A model generated the notes under the pieces. That model saw nothing but the letters and a program-made list of their open reading frames with translations, made no database searches and was not told the DNA's origin. From Edaphobacter aggregans (lineage in GTDB: Bacteria; Acidobacteriota; Terriglobia; Terriglobales; Acidobacteriaceae), in NCBI RefSeq assembly GCF_003945235.1, contig NZ_RSDW01000001.1:2970001-3002000 (forward strand): a stretch of 32,000 bases of DNA. The letters are read 5' to 3'. Each line of letters begins with the position of its first letter. The stretch's first letter is position 1. This document shows, in pieces, positions 9,247 to 17,732 of the stretch. The translations under genes were made by a program, and so were the position numbers.

Positions 9247-10941
9247 ATGTCTGTAAGCCTGATCGGCTGGGGACGATTCACCGACAAACCTGGCCAGCGA
9301 GTCACAGTCCCCGCACCCAGCACCGACGCAGGCGCGCCATGGCTCTGGGACATGCTAACCGGCGAAGTCGCAAATCTCGCAAGCGTCGGCTTCGATCGAA
9401 TCCAGCTCCCACCCGCAAGCAAAGCCCAAGGTGGAGACGGCGCTGGCTGCGACGGCTACGGCGTCTACGACCCACGCGATCTCGGCACCAAGAACCAACA
9501 AGGAAGCATCCCCACTCGTTACGGCACCGCAGAATCCCTGCGCCAGTTGATAGCCGTCGCTCACCAACACGGCCTCGCCGTAGACCTCGACCTCGTCCTC
9601 CACCAACTCATCGGCGGAAAAAACGCCCAATACACCTACCTGGGAGCCGACGGCAAAACCCTGAACGGCCGAGGCGCGATGCAACCGGGCTGCTTTCGCA
9701 AATCCAAGGGAGGCGGCACACAGCCACAGGACGCCGTCCCGGTACCATCCGACGACTTCGCCTTCGGAGATGAAAAGGTCTATCAGCACTGCAAGCCAGC
9801 CCGATACACCATCAACGACGCGCTTGACTACGGCGACTGGCTCTTTCGCACCACCGGCGCCGACGGCGCAAGAATCGACGACGTCAAAGGCCTCTGGGCG
9901 CCCTTCGTCTCCGAGTTCATGCATCACGGAGCCATGGCCAACAAGCAGTTCTACTCCGAATACTTCGATGGCAACCCGGCAAACCTGAACTGGTGGGCCA
10001 CCTCCTCGCCCATCAGCAGCCGCAGCGGAGTCGAAGACTTCAACATCCACTTCGCCATCCAGACCGCATGCAACAACCTGTACGCCCGCGCTCTGGATGG
10101 AGCAGGCTACTCCCAGTGGAACCCCGGCCTGGCCTACGGCTTCGTCGACAACCCCGACACCGACACCAGCCCCGGCGAGCAGGTCATCACCTCGAAGATG
10201 CTGGGCTACGCCTATCTCCTCACCATCAGCTGCAAACAAGTCCTCATCTACGGAAAAGACTACTTCTCCGATCCAATCTGGCCCGGCGCTTACGGTCTCA
10301 AACCGCTGATCGACAATCTCGTCTACATCAACCGAACCTTCGCTTATGGATCACAAACCACCCGTTGGGTCGACAACTCCGTCATCGTCATCGAGCGCGA
10401 CGGCAATGGCGGCCAGATCGGCACCAGCCCCGGCCTCCTGACGGCCCTCAACTTCGACACCTACAACCGCCGCGAGATCACCTGCGCCACCAGCTTCGGC
10501 GCCAACGTACAACTCCACGACTACACCGGTCGACACGACGACATCTGGACCGACGGTCAAGGCAATGCCACCTTCACCATCCCATCCAACGCCTATGCCG
10601 GAGGCCAAAGCTACCTCTGCTTCTCACGGGCAGGCGCAGACAAGCCCATAACGCATCAGCCGCGGCACACAACCCAGGTCTTCTTCGGCGCGCCCGATCT
10701 CGACATTCCTCCGGCGACCGTCGACGGAGGGCAGACCATCGCAAGAATCTACGTGCAGAAAAACACCACCGTGACCTTCTCAAAGCAAACCAACATCCAG
10801 CCTGCGCTTCTGGATCAGGCAACTCCGGTTCCCGGCAATCGACCCAAGCAGACAGGCTGGTACAACATCGGAGTCAGCACGAGCTCCCCCGCGCCGGTCA
10901 ATTTCACGCTCAGCGTGACCTACACCGGCGGAACGATCTAG
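9247..10941 (+). CDS. GH13 alpha-amylase-family protein (Bacillus-licheniformis-type architecture), no signal peptide
   Basis: Matching segments: DGYGVYDPRDLG...TRYGTAESLRQLI, DLDLVLHQ (region I), ARIDDVKG (II), SEYFDGN (III) and FVDNPDTD (IV). ATG 9247 lies 7 nt after AAGGAGG. Confidence 0.8.
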   Translation: MSVSLIGWGRFTDKPGQRVTVPAPSTDAGAPWLWDMLTGEVANLASVGFDRIQLPPASKAQGGDGAGCDGYGVYDPRDLGTKNQQGSIPTRYGTAESLRQLIAVAHQHGLAVDLDLVLHQLIGGKNAQYTYLGADGKTLNGRGAMQPGCFRKSKGGGTQPQDAVPVPSDDFAFGDEKVYQHCKPARYTINDALDYGDWLFRTTGADGARIDDVKGLWAPFVSEFMHHGAMANKQFYSEYFDGNPANLNWWATSSPISSRSGVEDFNIHFAIQTACNNLYARALDGAGYSQWNPGLAYGFVDNPDTDTSPGEQVITSKMLGYAYLLTISCKQVLIYGKDYFSDPIWPGAYGLKPLIDNLVYINRTFAYGSQTTRWVDNSVIVIERDGNGGQIGTSPGLLTALNFDTYNRREITCATSFGANVQLHDYTGRHDDIWTDGQGNATFTIPSNAYAGGQSYLCFSRAGADKPITHQPRHTTQVFFGAPDLDIPPATVDGGQTIARIYVQKNTTVTFSKQTNIQPALLDQATPVPGNRPKQTGWYNIGVSTSSPAPVNFTLSVTYTGGTI

Positions 10942-11023
10942 GCCGTTGTCATGGAATCAATCGACCTAACCTATACGTGTAATTCACTTAGGCCTCTTCA
11001 TTCGCTCCAGGAGACAGACCCAA

Positions 11024-11905
11024 ATGCCACAACCTTCTTCGCTTCCCCGCGCCAGCTTTCACACAATCAATGCCGACGGTGTCCAGGTCTTCTACCGCGA
11101 AGCGGGCCCCGCCGACGCTCCGGTCATTCTGCTGCTGCACGGCTTCCCCTCGTCCTCACACCAGTACCGCGAGTTAATTCCCCTTCTGGCGAAGCGTTAT
11201 CGAGTCATCGCACCGGACCTCCCCGGCTTCGGCTTTACCGTAGTTCCTGACGAGCGAAAGTATGTCTACACCTTCGACTCGATGGCCAAAACCATCGATG
11301 CCTTCTTAACCGCGCTCGGGCTGACGAAGTACGCCATCTACGTCTTCGACTACGGCGCACCCGTCGGCTTCCGTCTGGCAGTCGCGCATCCCGAGCGCAT
11401 AACCGCCATCGTCTCGCAGAATGGAAACGCCTACGAGGAAGGTTTGAGTGACGGATGGGGCGACCTGCGCCGCTACTGGGCCGACCCAACTCCCGAGAAC
11501 CGCGACGCCATCCGCCCCATGGTCACCTACAAAGCCACGCGCGATCAGTACCTGTATGGCGTAAGCGATCCGCTGTTGGTCGCCCCCGAATCCTACACAC
11601 TTGACGCCGCACTTCTCGCGCGCCCGGGCATAGATGAAATTCAGTTGGATATCTTCCTCAACTACGCCACCAATGTGGCACTCTATCCCACGTTTCACCA
11701 GTATTTTCGTGACTTCAAACCACCACTTCTCGCCATCTGGGGCAAGAACGACCCCTTCTTCATCCCCCCTGGAGCCGAAGCCTACAAGCGCGACAACCCA
11801 AACGCGACCGTGGAGCTGCTCGACACGGGCCACTTCGCTCTCGAAACGCACGTGGAATACATCGCGGAGCGAATTGATCAGCTACTCTCATCCGTCACGC
11901 GTTGA
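11024..11905 (+). CDS. Alpha/beta hydrolase (epoxide hydrolase / haloalkane dehalogenase-like)
   Basis: LLLHGFPSSSHQYRELIPLL is followed by the Asp-nucleophile elbow VFDYGAPVG. An SD-like GGAGA lies upstream. Confidence 0.85.
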   Translation: MPQPSSLPRASFHTINADGVQVFYREAGPADAPVILLLHGFPSSSHQYRELIPLLAKRYRVIAPDLPGFGFTVVPDERKYVYTFDSMAKTIDAFLTALGLTKYAIYVFDYGAPVGFRLAVAHPERITAIVSQNGNAYEEGLSDGWGDLRRYWADPTPENRDAIRPMVTYKATRDQYLYGVSDPLLVAPESYTLDAALLARPGIDEIQLDIFLNYATNVALYPTFHQYFRDFKPPLLAIWGKNDPFFIPPGAEAYKRDNPNATVELLDTGHFALETHVEYIAERIDQLLSSVTR

Positions 11906-11946
11906 AAAAACGCCCCAGTCGCAATCATTGAAGGGAGTTCTATCTC

Positions 11947-12543
11947 ATGCGAGCAGATATTGTCCCCGGCTCCACATTCCCAGACTACGAACTACCAGAT
12001 CACACCACCAAACGCCGCAAGCTCTCTGAGTTGCAAGGACCGCACCCGATGGTGCTGGTCCTTAGCCGAGGAGGCTTCTGCCCAAAAGACCGTCGACAGG
12101 CAGAATTATTGGTTCAGTTTTATCGCGAGATGGAAGTCGGTTATTGCCGCCTTGTCACCATCAGCACCGACAACCTGGCAGAGACAAACGAGTACCGGAC
12201 CGGCGTCGGTGCCTACTGGCCGTTTCTGTCTGACGTCGGACGCACGATCCAGAAGGATCTCGACATCGCCGAGTACACCGATCCGCAGCACAATCCAATG
12301 ATCCCGTACACCCTCGTCCTCGAGCCCGGCCTCATCGTCTTCAATATCTACTACGGTTACTGGTTCTTCGGCCGGCCAACCATCGAAGAGCTACGTCAGG
12401 ACCTACGCGCCGTCACAAAGAAATGCCGCCCCGATTGGGACATCACAACCCCGGAACAAAAGGCCGCATGGCAATGCGGCGAGAAAGATCGCTTCTACCC
12501 CTACGGCAAGAGCTACGCAAAAGTGTTCGGCGAACAGGACTAA
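11947..12543 (+). CDS. AhpC/TSA-like redoxin
   Basis: The layout is thioredoxin-fold: FPDYELPDH...MVLVLSRGGFCPKDRRQ with a single CP cysteine. SD GAAGGGAG lies upstream. Confidence 0.65.
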   Translation: MRADIVPGSTFPDYELPDHTTKRRKLSELQGPHPMVLVLSRGGFCPKDRRQAELLVQFYREMEVGYCRLVTISTDNLAETNEYRTGVGAYWPFLSDVGRTIQKDLDIAEYTDPQHNPMIPYTLVLEPGLIVFNIYYGYWFFGRPTIEELRQDLRAVTKKCRPDWDITTPEQKAAWQCGEKDRFYPYGKSYAKVFGEQD

Positions 12544-12847
12544 GCTTCTACTTAAATCTCCAAACTATCTGTCAAGCTCATATCGCCAACAACCATCATG
12601 GAATCAAAGGGATAGGCTTGCCGAATGATTCCCCCTCAAACCCTATAATTAAGTCAGTACGAAAGGAGCTGCCGGACGAAAGTGATTCTCTGTAGTTATT
12701 TAGGATCAATACTTTAGCTATAACAGAGGCTTATTTTTCAATACTTTGGCGTACAGGTATGGCCTTATCTTATGTAAATAGAAGACTTTAGCAACAATGA
12801 GTACGGGGTGGGAGTAGTGCTGAGAGGGGACCACGGCATAGCAGTGG

Positions 12848-13348
12848 TTATCCCGTAATCACACCCATCGCCAGGATGGCACACCCCACGGTGAAGATAT
12901 CCTCAGCGACCGCGACGTACCAGTCTTTGAAGGAATATTGCCGGACAAGCTCTCGGCGAAGGAGAAATCCGCAAAAGGCACCGGCCAGAGCACAGGTCAC
13001 CGCAAGAAATACACCCTCGAACCCCGACCCATTCAGCCCAGCGGCAACGATCGCGCCAATCAGTCCGGCAACGATCAACCTCGCTGCCAAAGGTCCAGGC
13101 GAGACCCGATCCACCATCTTCGGCAACTTGTCGGCAATATTCTCTCCAACGGCCAACACGGTAAAGATCACAGCCGTCGGAAGCTTCGCCACCCAGAAAG
13201 CCCATGTTCCATCAACCGGCAGATATCCAAGCCACGCAAACCAGCAGAGAACAGCCATCGGCATCATCGTACGTAGCCCGGTAACAAACCCAAGCAGGGG
13301 GATTGCCATGATCCACGACAACACTGCAAGCGCCATTGGCTTCCTCAA
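12848..13348 (-). CDS. DUF4126-like integral membrane protein
   Basis: The 166-aa polytopic membrane ORF contains GLRTMMPMAVL and glycine-rich helices. ATG 13336 is an alternative start. Confidence 0.6.
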   Translation of the reverse strand: MRKPMALAVLSWIMAIPLLGFVTGLRTMMPMAVLCWFAWLGYLPVDGTWAFWVAKLPTAVIFTVLAVGENIADKLPKMVDRVSPGPLAARLIVAGLIGAIVAAGLNGSGFEGVFLAVTCALAGAFCGFLLRRELVRQYSFKDWYVAVAEDIFTVGCAILAMGVITG

Positions 13349-13502
13349 TCGCCGCCATCAATTTAGAGCATTCCTCAAGACCAACAAGAGAACACCACCA
13401 GACTATAGACCAGCCTGGCCGCCCATCACGTCAAAAAGTGATGGAGGCGCAGACTGGCCAATGTTTCCAGATATTCGGACGCTTTGAGGTCGGTACTGCT
13501 GA

Positions 13503-14780
13503 TCAGATCACGGAAGAAGGTTCACGCAGCCACCCATACAGCGGGAACTGCTCCGCAAGCTCACCGACATCCTTGCGGATCTTCTTCAATGCGCCCGCAT
13601 CGCCCCGACGATCGAGCGCCTGCGCGATCCAGCCTGCAATGACGCGCATCTCCACCTCCTTCATCCCGCGCGTCGTCAGCGCTGGCGTTCCAATCCGGAT
13701 TCCACTCGGCTTCATCGGAGGATTCGTGTCGTACGGAATCGCATTCTTGTTGACGGTGATTCCAGCCTCGCCCAGCGCGTTCTCCGCCTCCGAGCCAAGA
13801 ATGCCCTTCTGGAACACATCGACCAGCATCAGATGCGTGTCGGTTCCGCCGGAGATAATGCGATACCCCTCAGCGGCCAGAGCCTCCGCCAGAACCTTCG
13901 CATTGGCCACCACCTGCCGCGCATAACCAGCAAACTGTGGATCAAGAGCCTCCTTGAAAGCCACCGCTTTCGCCGCCACAACGTGCATCAAAGGGCCACC
14001 CTGCTGCCCCGGAAACACGCTACGATCCACCGCCGCCGCGAATTCCTGCTTGCACAGAATCAAGCCACTGCGCGGCCCACGCAGCGTCTTGTGCGTCGTC
14101 GTCGTCACGACATGCGCATGAGGAACTGGCGAAGGATGCGCTCCCCCGGCAACCAGACCAGCAAAATGCGCCATATCAACAACGAGATAAGCTCCAACCT
14201 TGTCTGCAATCTCGCGCATCCGGGCAAAGTCAAACTGTCGCGGATAGGCGCTGCCGCCACCAATAATCATCTTCGGCTTCTCACGGACGGCGAGAGCTTC
14301 AAGCTCGTCGTAGTCAACGGTCTCCGTGTCCTTCCGAACCTGATAGCCAACAATGCGATACAGCTTGCCCGAAAAGTTGAGCTTGTGACCATGCGTTAGG
14401 TGTCCACCGTGCGCCAGGTCCAACCCAAGGACGCAATCGCCGGGGCTCAAAAGCGCCATATAAGCCGCGGCATTTGCCTGCGAACCAGAGTGCGGCTGCA
14501 CATTCACATGTTCGGCTCCAAAGAGCTGCTTTGCGCGGTCGCGTGCAATGTTCTCGACCACGTCGGCGAATTCGCACCCGCCGTAGTAACGCTTTCCGGG
14601 ATAGCCCTCAGCGTACTTGTTGGTGAACACCGTACCCGCCGCCTCGAGCACAGCACGACTCACGAAGTTTTCTGATGCGATCATCTCCAGCCCTTCGTGC
14701 TGGCGAATGATTTCGTTCTCGATTTGTGCGGCGATGTCAGGGTCGGCGGATGTCAGTTTGGCATTCAGATCGATGGACAT
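13503..14780 (-). CDS. glyA: Serine hydroxymethyltransferase
   Basis: Full-length SHMT with the PLP-lysine motif [14 protein letters not shown] and N-terminal [17 protein letters not shown]. Confidence 0.97.
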   Translation of the reverse strand: MSIDLNAKLTSADPDIAAQIENEIIRQHEGLEMIASENFVSRAVLEAAGTVFTNKYAEGYPGKRYYGGCEFADVVENIARDRAKQLFGAEHVNVQPHSGSQANAAAYMALLSPGDCVLGLDLAHGGHLTHGHKLNFSGKLYRIVGYQVRKDTETVDYDELEALAVREKPKMIIGGGSAYPRQFDFARMREIADKVGAYLVVDMAHFAGLVAGGAHPSPVPHAHVVTTTTHKTLRGPRSGLILCKQEFAAAVDRSVFPGQQGGPLMHVVAAKAVAFKEALDPQFAGYARQVVANAKVLAEALAAEGYRIISGGTDTHLMLVDVFQKGILGSEAENALGEAGITVNKNAIPYDTNPPMKPSGIRIGTPALTTRGMKEVEMRVIAGWIAQALDRRGDAGALKKIRKDVGELAEQFPLYGWLREPSSVI

Positions 14781-14984
14781 AAGGGTATTTTATGCCCTGT
14801 ATTCCAGATCCATGGTCCGTTATTCGCGCAAAGAAAAGGGTTCGGCGTGGGAAGCTATGTAAACGGCGTTCTACTATGCTAAGGCGAGAAAGCTGTATCC
14901 ACCGAACGGCGAAGCGCAGATCGAGGGTTATCCTAACAGCGACTTCAGCAGCTAGTTTGAAGGCTTCAGCAAAGCGGAGGCGGA

Positions 14985-15140
14985 ATGCACGCTCTGATTG
15001 AACCAGTAGCCCTTTGGGGGCTGGTCAAAGAAGATCGAGTGCACGACTCGATCATAGCTCTAGCCTTCCTTGCGATTCTGATAGCTCCCTGCATCGCGGC
15101 GATCTTCGGTAGCTCGTCTGACTCTGAAGAGCCGACCTAG
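14985..15140 (+). CDS. Possible 51-aa single-pass membrane peptide (uncertain)
   Basis: ATG lies 4 nt after GGAGG. The product is MHALIEPVALWGLVKEDRVHDSIIALAFLAILIAPCIAAIFGSSSDSEEPT. Its codon usage is atypical and it is too short for the ORF track. Confidence 0.2.
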   Translation: MHALIEPVALWGLVKEDRVHDSIIALAFLAILIAPCIAAIFGSSSDSEEPT

Positions 15141-16345
15141 GGAATAGCCTGTTGCTGTTCGGCCAGACGTTTGAAAGCCTGATAGACGAACGAACCCATG
15201 TACCAACCGTCCATGTATTTATAGGGTGTTTCTCCTGTGGTGTAGTGACCGCAAGGAAGCACCTTTGAGACATAATCCACGCCATATTGATCGAAGTTTG
15301 CAAGAACGTCGAGGGAGAATTCGCGCAAAAACGTCAGGTCATAGGTCGCATGAATGACAAGGACACGCTTCGGGCTTGCGGCGAATCGCTGCATGTACGA
15401 CATGGGGCTGATTCCAGTAAATATCTGGCGCACTAAGTCCTGCGTGAGCCCTGCCTGTTGAAAGGCTTCGCGAATATGCCGCGTGCTTTGGCCTGTCCAC
15501 ACAACATCGCCAAACCAGGTTGAGGCGTGGTTGAAGGCACAGACCTTAAGGCGAGAGTCATGAGCGGCGGCGATGAAGGCATAACAGCTGCCGAGACTCG
15601 TCCCCAGCACACCGAACTGCTCGTAGCCTTGTGATTCAAGCCAGTCAAGGCAGCTGCGAATGTCGACGACGGCCTGCCTGCAGGCCTCGATGGTGCGGCC
15701 CACGTTCGCGCTGACGGCGTAGTCAGACCGCTCGAGCTCGGCTGGCCGCCTGATGTCGTGGTATGGCTTGGAGAGGCGTAATGCACTGATTCCGAAGCGA
15801 TTGAATAAGGTGCAGAGCGCGTTGTGGCTGAAAGCATCTGCGTTCCACTGCGGCATTACGATGATTGCCTGCTTCGGCCTGCGGCCCTGCTTTGCCTTCT
15901 GCTTGTCTGTTAGTTCTGGCGCGGGATACCAACGCGCGTTGACGATGTCGTTTTCGGGGTAGCGGGTGCGGATGGGAGAGGTGAAACGGAGAAATTCGGC
16001 TTCTTCTAGTTCGCCCTCTTCTGCTTTGCGCTTTAATTCTGCGTCCTGAGCCAGTGTTTCTGGGCGGACATTGGTTGGAAAGAGCTGTGGATGGCGGGTT
16101 TCGAGGCGGAAATCCGTGGGTGTGTCGTATCCGAAAAACTCCTCTGAATGGTTGACTATGACGTCGTTTATGGCGGTCATTCGCTGGAGATCATCTGCGT
16201 AATCAGTGGACAGATTCGCAAGCGGGCTGAAGTCTTTCAGCCAGTCGAAGCCCCATTCGAGGGGGCGGACGATTCGGTTGGTGTCGCGTGTAGTAAGTGC
16301 AGTCTCCCAGGAGAACATCCACTTCGCGTAAAGCCTTGAGAGCAT
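15137..16345 (-). CDS. Alpha/beta hydrolase with a roughly 150-aa N-terminal extension
   Basis: A Ser-Asp-His triad is plausible: nucleophile elbow GTSLGS, HATYD and CGHYT. The gene starts 16 nt downstream of the regulator's stop, on the same strand. Confidence 0.75.
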   Translation of the reverse strand: MLSRLYAKWMFSWETALTTRDTNRIVRPLEWGFDWLKDFSPLANLSTDYADDLQRMTAINDVIVNHSEEFFGYDTPTDFRLETRHPQLFPTNVRPETLAQDAELKRKAEEGELEEAEFLRFTSPIRTRYPENDIVNARWYPAPELTDKQKAKQGRRPKQAIIVMPQWNADAFSHNALCTLFNRFGISALRLSKPYHDIRRPAELERSDYAVSANVGRTIEACRQAVVDIRSCLDWLESQGYEQFGVLGTSLGSCYAFIAAAHDSRLKVCAFNHASTWFGDVVWTGQSTRHIREAFQQAGLTQDLVRQIFTGISPMSYMQRFAASPKRVLVIHATYDLTFLREFSLDVLANFDQYGVDYVSKVLPCGHYTTGETPYKYMDGWYMGSFVYQAFKRLAEQQQAIP

Positions 16346-16361
16346 TAATTTAGTTTAGCAA

Positions 16362-17072
16362 TCACAGCTCGGAGAGCACGAAACAGACGCGTCCGATGAG
16401 GTAGTCGGCTGGAGATTCGTGGTTAGCAAGTGGTAATAGCTGGACAGGAAACTCCCTCGAGTATGGGCGGAGGATGAGGCGGCCCTCGTCGAAGTCGACG
16501 AAGCGGAGGAGCAAGGCTGCACCGTAACGGACGGCGTAGAGGGTGGGCTGGTGGGCACGGTAGGGAGCTAGTGAGTTGTAGTGGCGGTCGAGGACGGCGA
16601 TGGCTCCGGGGGAGAGGACGGGCTCCATGGCGGCGACTTGCTGGGCGTCGGCACGGATGGCGAGGAAGCGATCCCAGTGGGCGTGTTTGGTTGAGGGGCG
16701 GGAACGATTGTCGTGAAGGCGTGAAGCGGAGACCTGAATCGTTTCAATGACGGCAGAGGGAGGGATGCGAGCATCGTCCATGGCGACGGATGCCGAGACG
16801 ACGGGGACGACCTCGATGGGGTTGGTTGGCTGGGGCGGGGTGGCAGCGGCAGTGAGTTCGAGAGGGAGGATCTGCTCGATGGTCAGGTTTTGCGATTCAA
16901 GGACGCGATCGAGGCCCTCGAGGGAGAGGGCGCGTTTGCGATTGAGGAAGTTAGAGATATGGGCTTGCTGGAACCCTGCCTGTTGGGCGATGCGGCGTCC
17001 GGTGAGGGTGCCACGCTCGATGCGCCCGAATAGTTCAAGACGGACGAGTTCGTGAAGATCTTGGAAGTTCAT
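16362..17072 (-). CDS. XRE-type HTH regulator with a LexA/cI-like (S24) C-terminal domain, apparently lacking the catalytic dyad
   Basis: The HTH is RRIAQQAGFQQAHISNFLNRKRALS. The C-terminal AAMEPVLSPGAIAVLD and LLLRFVD...LILRPYS resemble the S24 motifs GxSMxPxxxxGD and vKRl, with Ser to Ala and Lys to Arg substitutions. ATG 17072 lies 8 nt after GGAGGAG. Confidence 0.8.
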   Translation of the reverse strand: MNFQDLHELVRLELFGRIERGTLTGRRIAQQAGFQQAHISNFLNRKRALSLEGLDRVLESQNLTIEQILPLELTAAATPPQPTNPIEVVPVVSASVAMDDARIPPSAVIETIQVSASRLHDNRSRPSTKHAHWDRFLAIRADAQQVAAMEPVLSPGAIAVLDRHYNSLAPYRAHQPTLYAVRYGAALLLRFVDFDEGRLILRPYSREFPVQLLPLANHESPADYLIGRVCFVLSEL

Positions 17073-17116
17073 GGGTAGGCTCCTCCGAGGTCGAACAATA
17101 TCATTGGACAAGACGA

Positions 17117-17145
17117 AGATTAGGCGAAAATTTAGCTTTGTGCAA
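17117..17145 (-). promoter_or_regulatory. Candidate sigma-70-type promoter for the regulator
   Basis: On the minus strand: TTGCAC (17145-17140), a 17-nt spacer, then TAATCT (17122-17117), about 45 nt upstream of ATG 17072. Confidence 0.35.
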
Positions 17146-17214
17146 CGCATTTCGTGGGCAAATTGCTCAACTTTCAGGTGTTAGCGGTAACTTTGAGCTG
17201 AGGAAAGAATCATA

Positions 17215-17243
17215 TTGACATCGATTTTGTCTAAAGCTATAAC
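17215..17243 (+). promoter_or_regulatory. Candidate rightward promoter of the phage-like block
   Basis: A perfect -35 TTGACA (17215-17220), a 17-nt spacer, then TATAAC (17238-17243). It is divergent from the regulator's promoter. Confidence 0.45.
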
Positions 17244-17516
17244 CTTGAGACTTTCTATTCATCGCTTCAGTAACAGAAATGGTGCAAAAATCGTGCCGCT
17301 TCTCCTGGAACGAGAGTGGATGAATGCAGGGTGATTGATTTCCCAAGGTACGACGCTGGATTGATCAACGACAGACAGGTGTTTGCAGCTGGATTGATGG
17401 GCCAATAGAGCTCCACGGCAGGCTGACGGCACTTCATAACAACCTGAGCGAGCCCGCTCCGACCGCTGAAAAATACCGAGGCTCGCTGGGAGCATTACGC
17501 CTTGAAAGGGAATGAA

Positions 17517-17732
17517 ATGAAGTACTTGCGCATGAATCTGAAGGTATGTGAAGGGTGTGGAGCGCTTTGGCTCCGCATGGAAACAACAAACGGCGTTTAC
17601 TGCCGGGGATGCTCGCAACGACTGTCGGAGTTTCCGGCACCGCGTGGGAGAAGCAGGGCTGGACGGAAGTCGCGGTTGACGCGGGTTTCGCGATGCCAGG
17701 CGGTCGTCGTGTCAATGGGAGGTGGGCGATGA
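17517..17732 (+). CDS. Small zinc-ribbon protein with a basic tail
   Basis: The product contains CEGC-x16-CRGC, then RGRSRAGRKSRLTR. G/T-ending codons. Its stop overlaps the next start (ATGA at 17729-17732). Confidence 0.55.
   Translation: MKYLRMNLKVCEGCGALWLRMETTNGVYCRGCSQRLSEFPAPRGRSRAGRKSRLTRVSRCQAVVVSMGGGR

Noticed and set aside
14781-14984. A riboswitch (for example ZTP/pfl) or leader structure upstream of glyA.
   Set aside because: I could not find the conserved ZTP core (a GGGTCGTG...CCGCCTGGGC-like sequence) or any convincing conserved fold. Only a TAAAAT box lies close to the ATG.
16362-17150. The longest-ORF starts given by the ORF track for several genes: 2023, 3727, 5071, 7338, 9196, 17150, 17555, 24590, 29163 and 30990.
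   Set aside because: The N-terminal extensions start at TTG/GTG, lack Shine-Dalgarno sequences, and overlap upstream genes or repeat elements. Internal starts with good Shine-Dalgarno sequences give sensible signal peptides or domain boundaries.
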